Assembly (NCBI GenBank): GCA_964540005.1
Contig: CAZILN010000289.1
Span: forward strand, 1 to 47,802
Direction of reading: 5' to 3'
DNA length: 47,802 bases
Source: an uncultured Bacteroidaceae bacterium
GTDB taxonomy: Bacteria; Bacteroidota; Bacteroidia; Bacteroidales; SM23-62
Part shown: positions 44,913-47,802 of the stretch, one piece after another
How the letters are laid out: every line of letters starts with the position of its first letter
How positions within the stretch are numbered: position 1 is the stretch's first letter
The notes under the pieces: model-generated
The model's input: the letters and a program-made list of their open reading frames with translations, nothing else
The model's database searches: none
Told to the model about the DNA's origin: nothing
Made by a program: the position numbers and the translations under genes

Positions 44913-46790
44913 ATGAAAAGACTACTGATCCCGATCATATGCTTCTCATTTGCGTTAAACACTTCATATTCCCAGGAGTATCAGGAAATTCTGAGAGATA
45001 TATTCTATGAAGCCGAGTTCATGCTGGCCAATGAATTCTATATCGATGCTCTCCAGGAATACAAGAAATTGTATGACAGGGGATACGAGCACAGCGCCAA
45101 TATCAATTACAGGATAGGGATATGTTATTTGAATATTCCCGGACAAAAAGAGGGCGCCGTTCCCTACCTTCAGGAAGCGATTAATGACCTGACCCCCAGA
45201 TATAATGAAGGGATCTTTACCGAACATCAGGCCCCATACGATGCCTACCTGTACCTGGGGAATGCATACCGGGTCAACAATCAGCTGGAATCTGCCATTT
45301 TTGCCTATGGGAAATATAAAGAGCTTCTTAACAAAGATGATTCTGAGATGGCCCTTTACGCCGACCAGCAGATTGAGGCCTGTAACAATGCACGGATTGC
45401 TATGGAAACGCCGGTTTATTATATCCGGACCAATATGGGAGAGACTATCAATACCAGTTCATCCGATTATAACCCCGTCATTTCCGACAATGAATCAGTA
45501 CTTGTATATATGACATCCCTGGCTTTCTACGATGCCATCAAGTTCAGCAAAAAGGTAGACGGGGAATGGACCGAACCCATAAATATTACACCGGAAATAC
45601 AATCTGACGGTGACCAGTTTGCCAATTTCGTGACCCGTGACGGGACCGAGCTGTACCTCAACAAAGCTGATAATTTTAACTCTGATATTTACCACAGTGT
45701 ATACATCGATGGCAAGTGGGAGAAATCCAAACCCCTGAACAAGTGGATCAACACCAAATATTATGAGTCACATGCCTGTGTAACGGCTGACAACAGCACA
45801 TTGTATTTCGCCAGTAACCGGAAAGGCAGCAAAGGCGGAACGGATATTTATGTGTCGAAAAAAGACGCCATAGGCGATTGGGGGGAACCTCTGAATATCG
45901 GTGATGCTATCAATACCAAACTGAGTGAAGATCATCCCTTTATAAGTGTCGACGGGAAGACCCTGTTTTTTGCCTCCCAGGGTCATTACAGCCTCGGGGG
46001 ATATGATGTTTTTTATTCAGAAATGCAGGACGATGGCGGCTGGTCAAAACCCGTCAACCTGGGATACCCTGTAAACACCACGGATGACGACCTGTTTTTT
46101 GTCCCTGTAGGCAAAGGAGACATAGGGTACCAGTCTTTATTTGCTGATGACAGTTACGGGTCAAGGGATATATACCAGTACAGGCTGTTCCCGGGGGAGG
46201 CAGAATACCTTGCCTACCTTAAATCACTTGAACAGCAGGATGAAAAACCAGGACCGGAGCCCGAGCCTGAGCCGGTCATCGAACCGGATCAGGTCACCGA
46301 ACCGGATCAGGTCATCGAACCGGATCAGGTCACCGAACCGGAACCTGTGCCGGAACCCGAACCTGAGCCCTCACGCGTATTTGTTATACAGACCATCTTC
46401 TTCGATTTCGATAAGTATTCACTGACAGATGAATCCAAACAACGGCTTGACATCCTTTCAGAAGTACTTAAGATTTTCCCGGATGTAGAAATAGTGGCCA
46501 CCGGAAACACAGATGCTAAAGGTACAGATGCCTATAATGACAAGCTTTCAAAAAACAGGGCTAACTCTGCCATGAAGTACCTGGTTGGAAAAGGTGTTGA
46601 CGCAGGTCGTATATCCATAGAAGCACTCGGAGAGAAAAATCCCGTTGCGATCAATACCAAAGCTGACGGGACCGATAGTCCAGAAGGGCGAACCTATAAC
46701 AGGAGGGTGGAATTTGAAATATCCGATCTTCCTGCAGCACAGGTCAGAATAGAGTCGATCTCAGTTCCGGAGCATCTGAAATTGAAGTAA
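44913..46790 (+). CDS. TPR + PD40 + OmpA-C peptidoglycan-binding protein (PorE-like)
   Basis: Signal peptide (SYS/Q), TPR, PD40 blades, Pro/Glu linker and OmpA-C motifs IFFDFDK, GNTDAKGTDAYNDKLSKNRA, NRRVEF. Confidence 0.9.
   Translation: MKRLLIPIICFSFALNTSYSQEYQEILRDIFYEAEFMLANEFYIDALQEYKKLYDRGYEHSANINYRIGICYLNIPGQKEGAVPYLQEAINDLTPRYNEGIFTEHQAPYDAYLYLGNAYRVNNQLESAIFAYGKYKELLNKDDSEMALYADQQIEACNNARIAMETPVYYIRTNMGETINTSSSDYNPVISDNESVLVYMTSLAFYDAIKFSKKVDGEWTEPINITPEIQSDGDQFANFVTRDGTELYLNKADNFNSDIYHSVYIDGKWEKSKPLNKWINTKYYESHACVTADNSTLYFASNRKGSKGGTDIYVSKKDAIGDWGEPLNIGDAINTKLSEDHPFISVDGKTLFFASQGHYSLGGYDVFYSEMQDDGGWSKPVNLGYPVNTTDDDLFFVPVGKGDIGYQSLFADDSYGSRDIYQYRLFPGEAEYLAYLKSLEQQDEKPGPEPEPEPVIEPDQVTEPDQVIEPDQVTEPEPVPEPEPEPSRVFVIQTIFFDFDKYSLTDESKQRLDILSEVLKIFPDVEIVATGNTDAKGTDAYNDKLSKNRANSAMKYLVGKGVDAGRISIEALGEKNPVAINTKADGTDSPEGRTYNRRVEFEISDLPAAQVRIESISVPEHLKLK
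46275..46346 (+). repeat. Four 18-bp coding tandem repeats (V[I/T]EPDQ) in a Pro/Glu linker
   Basis: GTCATCGAACCGGATCAG GTCACCGAACCGGATCAG GTCATCGAACCGGATCAG GTCACCGAACCGGAACCT. Confidence 0.92.
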
Positions 46791-47048
46791 GCCAAATGAC
46801 TGTGTCTGGCATCAGGCTGAGGGTCTTCACTTCATTCTATTGCAACCATATACATCCAATACCTGTCATAGCTAAGTTCAGATGTTTTATTTTCCTCTGT
46901 AAAAGTGTTAAATTTGTTTACTGGTAATTAAATTTTTTAATTTACAGATAACCTGAGCTATAAGCTTTTTAATGTTTCCTTTATTATTTTTAAGGAAAAA
47001 GTTCAAGTTCGTCTGAAAATATTTTATCTTACTGAAAAATATAGCAGT

Positions 47049-47802
47049 ATGAGAGTTCTTTTCGTCGTAATTGCTGTACTTATAACAGGCCTGCAGAGCC
47101 TTCCTGCACAGGAAGTCACCGATCCTGAGGAGATGTTTGAATTCGGTTTCGATTTTTTTCTTTCCGAGGAGTATGAAGAATCCGTTTACTACTACAAGCT
47201 ACTTGTTGATACATTCCCTGATAATGCTAATTATAACTGGAAAGTAGGCGAGGCTTACCTGAAGGTACCCGGACAGGAACATAATGCCATCCCCTACCTC
47301 GAAAAAGCCGTTCAGCAGACAAGCCTGAAATACAAGCCCAGGGATTTCAATGAAAAAAATGCCCCTCACCATGCCATGTTTTACCTGGGCAATGCCTACA
47401 GCATCAATAATGAAATCGACAGGGCCCTGACCACTTACCAGGCCTTTACTGAATCAGAAGATTATGAAGGCAACTACAATCTGACCATGGTGGAAGATGA
47501 AGTGGCCAAATGCCAGCGTGCCTACATAATACAGGATGTACCCATTCATTATAAGAAAACCAGGCTTAAAGAGCCGGTAAATACAAGCAGCAATAATTTC
47601 AATCCGATCCTTTCAGGTGACGGCAATACACTGGTATTTGTCACTTCCACTGCTTTTTTCGATGCCATTAACCTGAGTAAGAAGGAGAACGGGGTATGGA
47701 GTGAACCACGGGTGCTGAATCCGCAGGTACAATCAGACGGACTGCACTACCCTACTTCTTTAAATTATGACGGAACAGAACTATATATGGTAGAAAGGAA
47801 GC
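47049..47802 (+). CDS. Third TPR + PD40 paralogue, truncated by the window end
   Basis: Translated by hand (absent from the ORF track): MRVLFVVIAVLITGLQSLPA/QEVTDPEEMFEFGFDFFLSEEYEE...PDNANYNWKVGEAYLKVPGQEHNAIPYLEKAV...FYLGNAYSINNE...NPILSGDGNTLVF. Collinear with the two upstream genes. Confidence 0.88.
   Translation, partial: MRVLFVVIAVLITGLQSLPAQEVTDPEEMFEFGFDFFLSEEYEESVYYYKLLVDTFPDNANYNWKVGEAYLKVPGQEHNAIPYLEKAVQQTSLKYKPRDFNEKNAPHHAMFYLGNAYSINNEIDRALTTYQAFTESEDYEGNYNLTMVEDEVAKCQRAYIIQDVPIHYKKTRLKEPVNTSSNNFNPILSGDGNTLVFVTSTAFFDAINLSKKENGVWSEPRVLNPQVQSDGLHYPTSLNYDGTELYMVERK

Noticed and set aside
46275-46346. Near-identical direct repeats as a possible CRISPR array
   Set aside because: Units are 18 bp, contiguous without spacers and in frame within a CDS; no cas genes are present.
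46791-47048. 258-bp AT-rich intergenic region as a possible ncRNA
   Set aside because: Only a -7 box (46909-46916) and a weak 7-bp AT-rich hairpin (46975-46998) were found, which is insufficient support.
1-47802. Stop-codon reassignment (TAG or TGA)
   Set aside because: Conserved genes end at expected positions with TAG (TPM, M23, permease) and TGA (ispF, alaS, lysA), and none is interrupted by in-frame stops.
371-47802. Many exported proteins have Gln right after the predicted signal cleavage site
   Set aside because: This is the known Bacteroidota Q-rule (N-terminal pyroglutamate). It is useful for taxonomy but not novel.

Overview
Gene-dense chromosomal region of a Bacteroidota bacterium, probably Bacteroidales-like. 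This is supported by porU-porV-ispF, TAnnTTTG promoter boxes and many signal peptides followed by Gln. Most of the window is housekeeping or envelope genes: hutU, lemA with two TPM genes, Nif3 and a zinc-ribbon protein, MerR, two M23 peptidases, alaS, an acyl-CoA ligase, recR, lysA, a GT2 glycosyltransferase and an orphan 2-oxoacid dehydrogenase E2. Several accessory blocks are interspersed. (i) A CapA plus beta-propeller pair is preceded by a perfect 24-bp inverted repeat. (ii) A ~1.2-kb scar holds three pseudogene fragments (MmcQ/YjbR, an internally deleted AAA-DUF4143 gene, and a second DUF4143 tail). (iii) A sigma54 two-component system lies divergent from a MacB-type ABC pair, with a visible -24/-12 promoter and candidate activator sites. 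(iv) A TetR-controlled MMPL, LolA-like and beta-barrel operon carries repeated operators. (v) Three tandem PorE-like TPR-PD40 paralogues end the window. The first replaces OmpA with an O-glycosylation-sequon array, four unrecognised ~66-aa helical repeats and a C-terminal membrane anchor. No rRNA, tRNA, CRISPR array or intact transposase was seen. All calls come from reading motifs by eye; no database searches were run.
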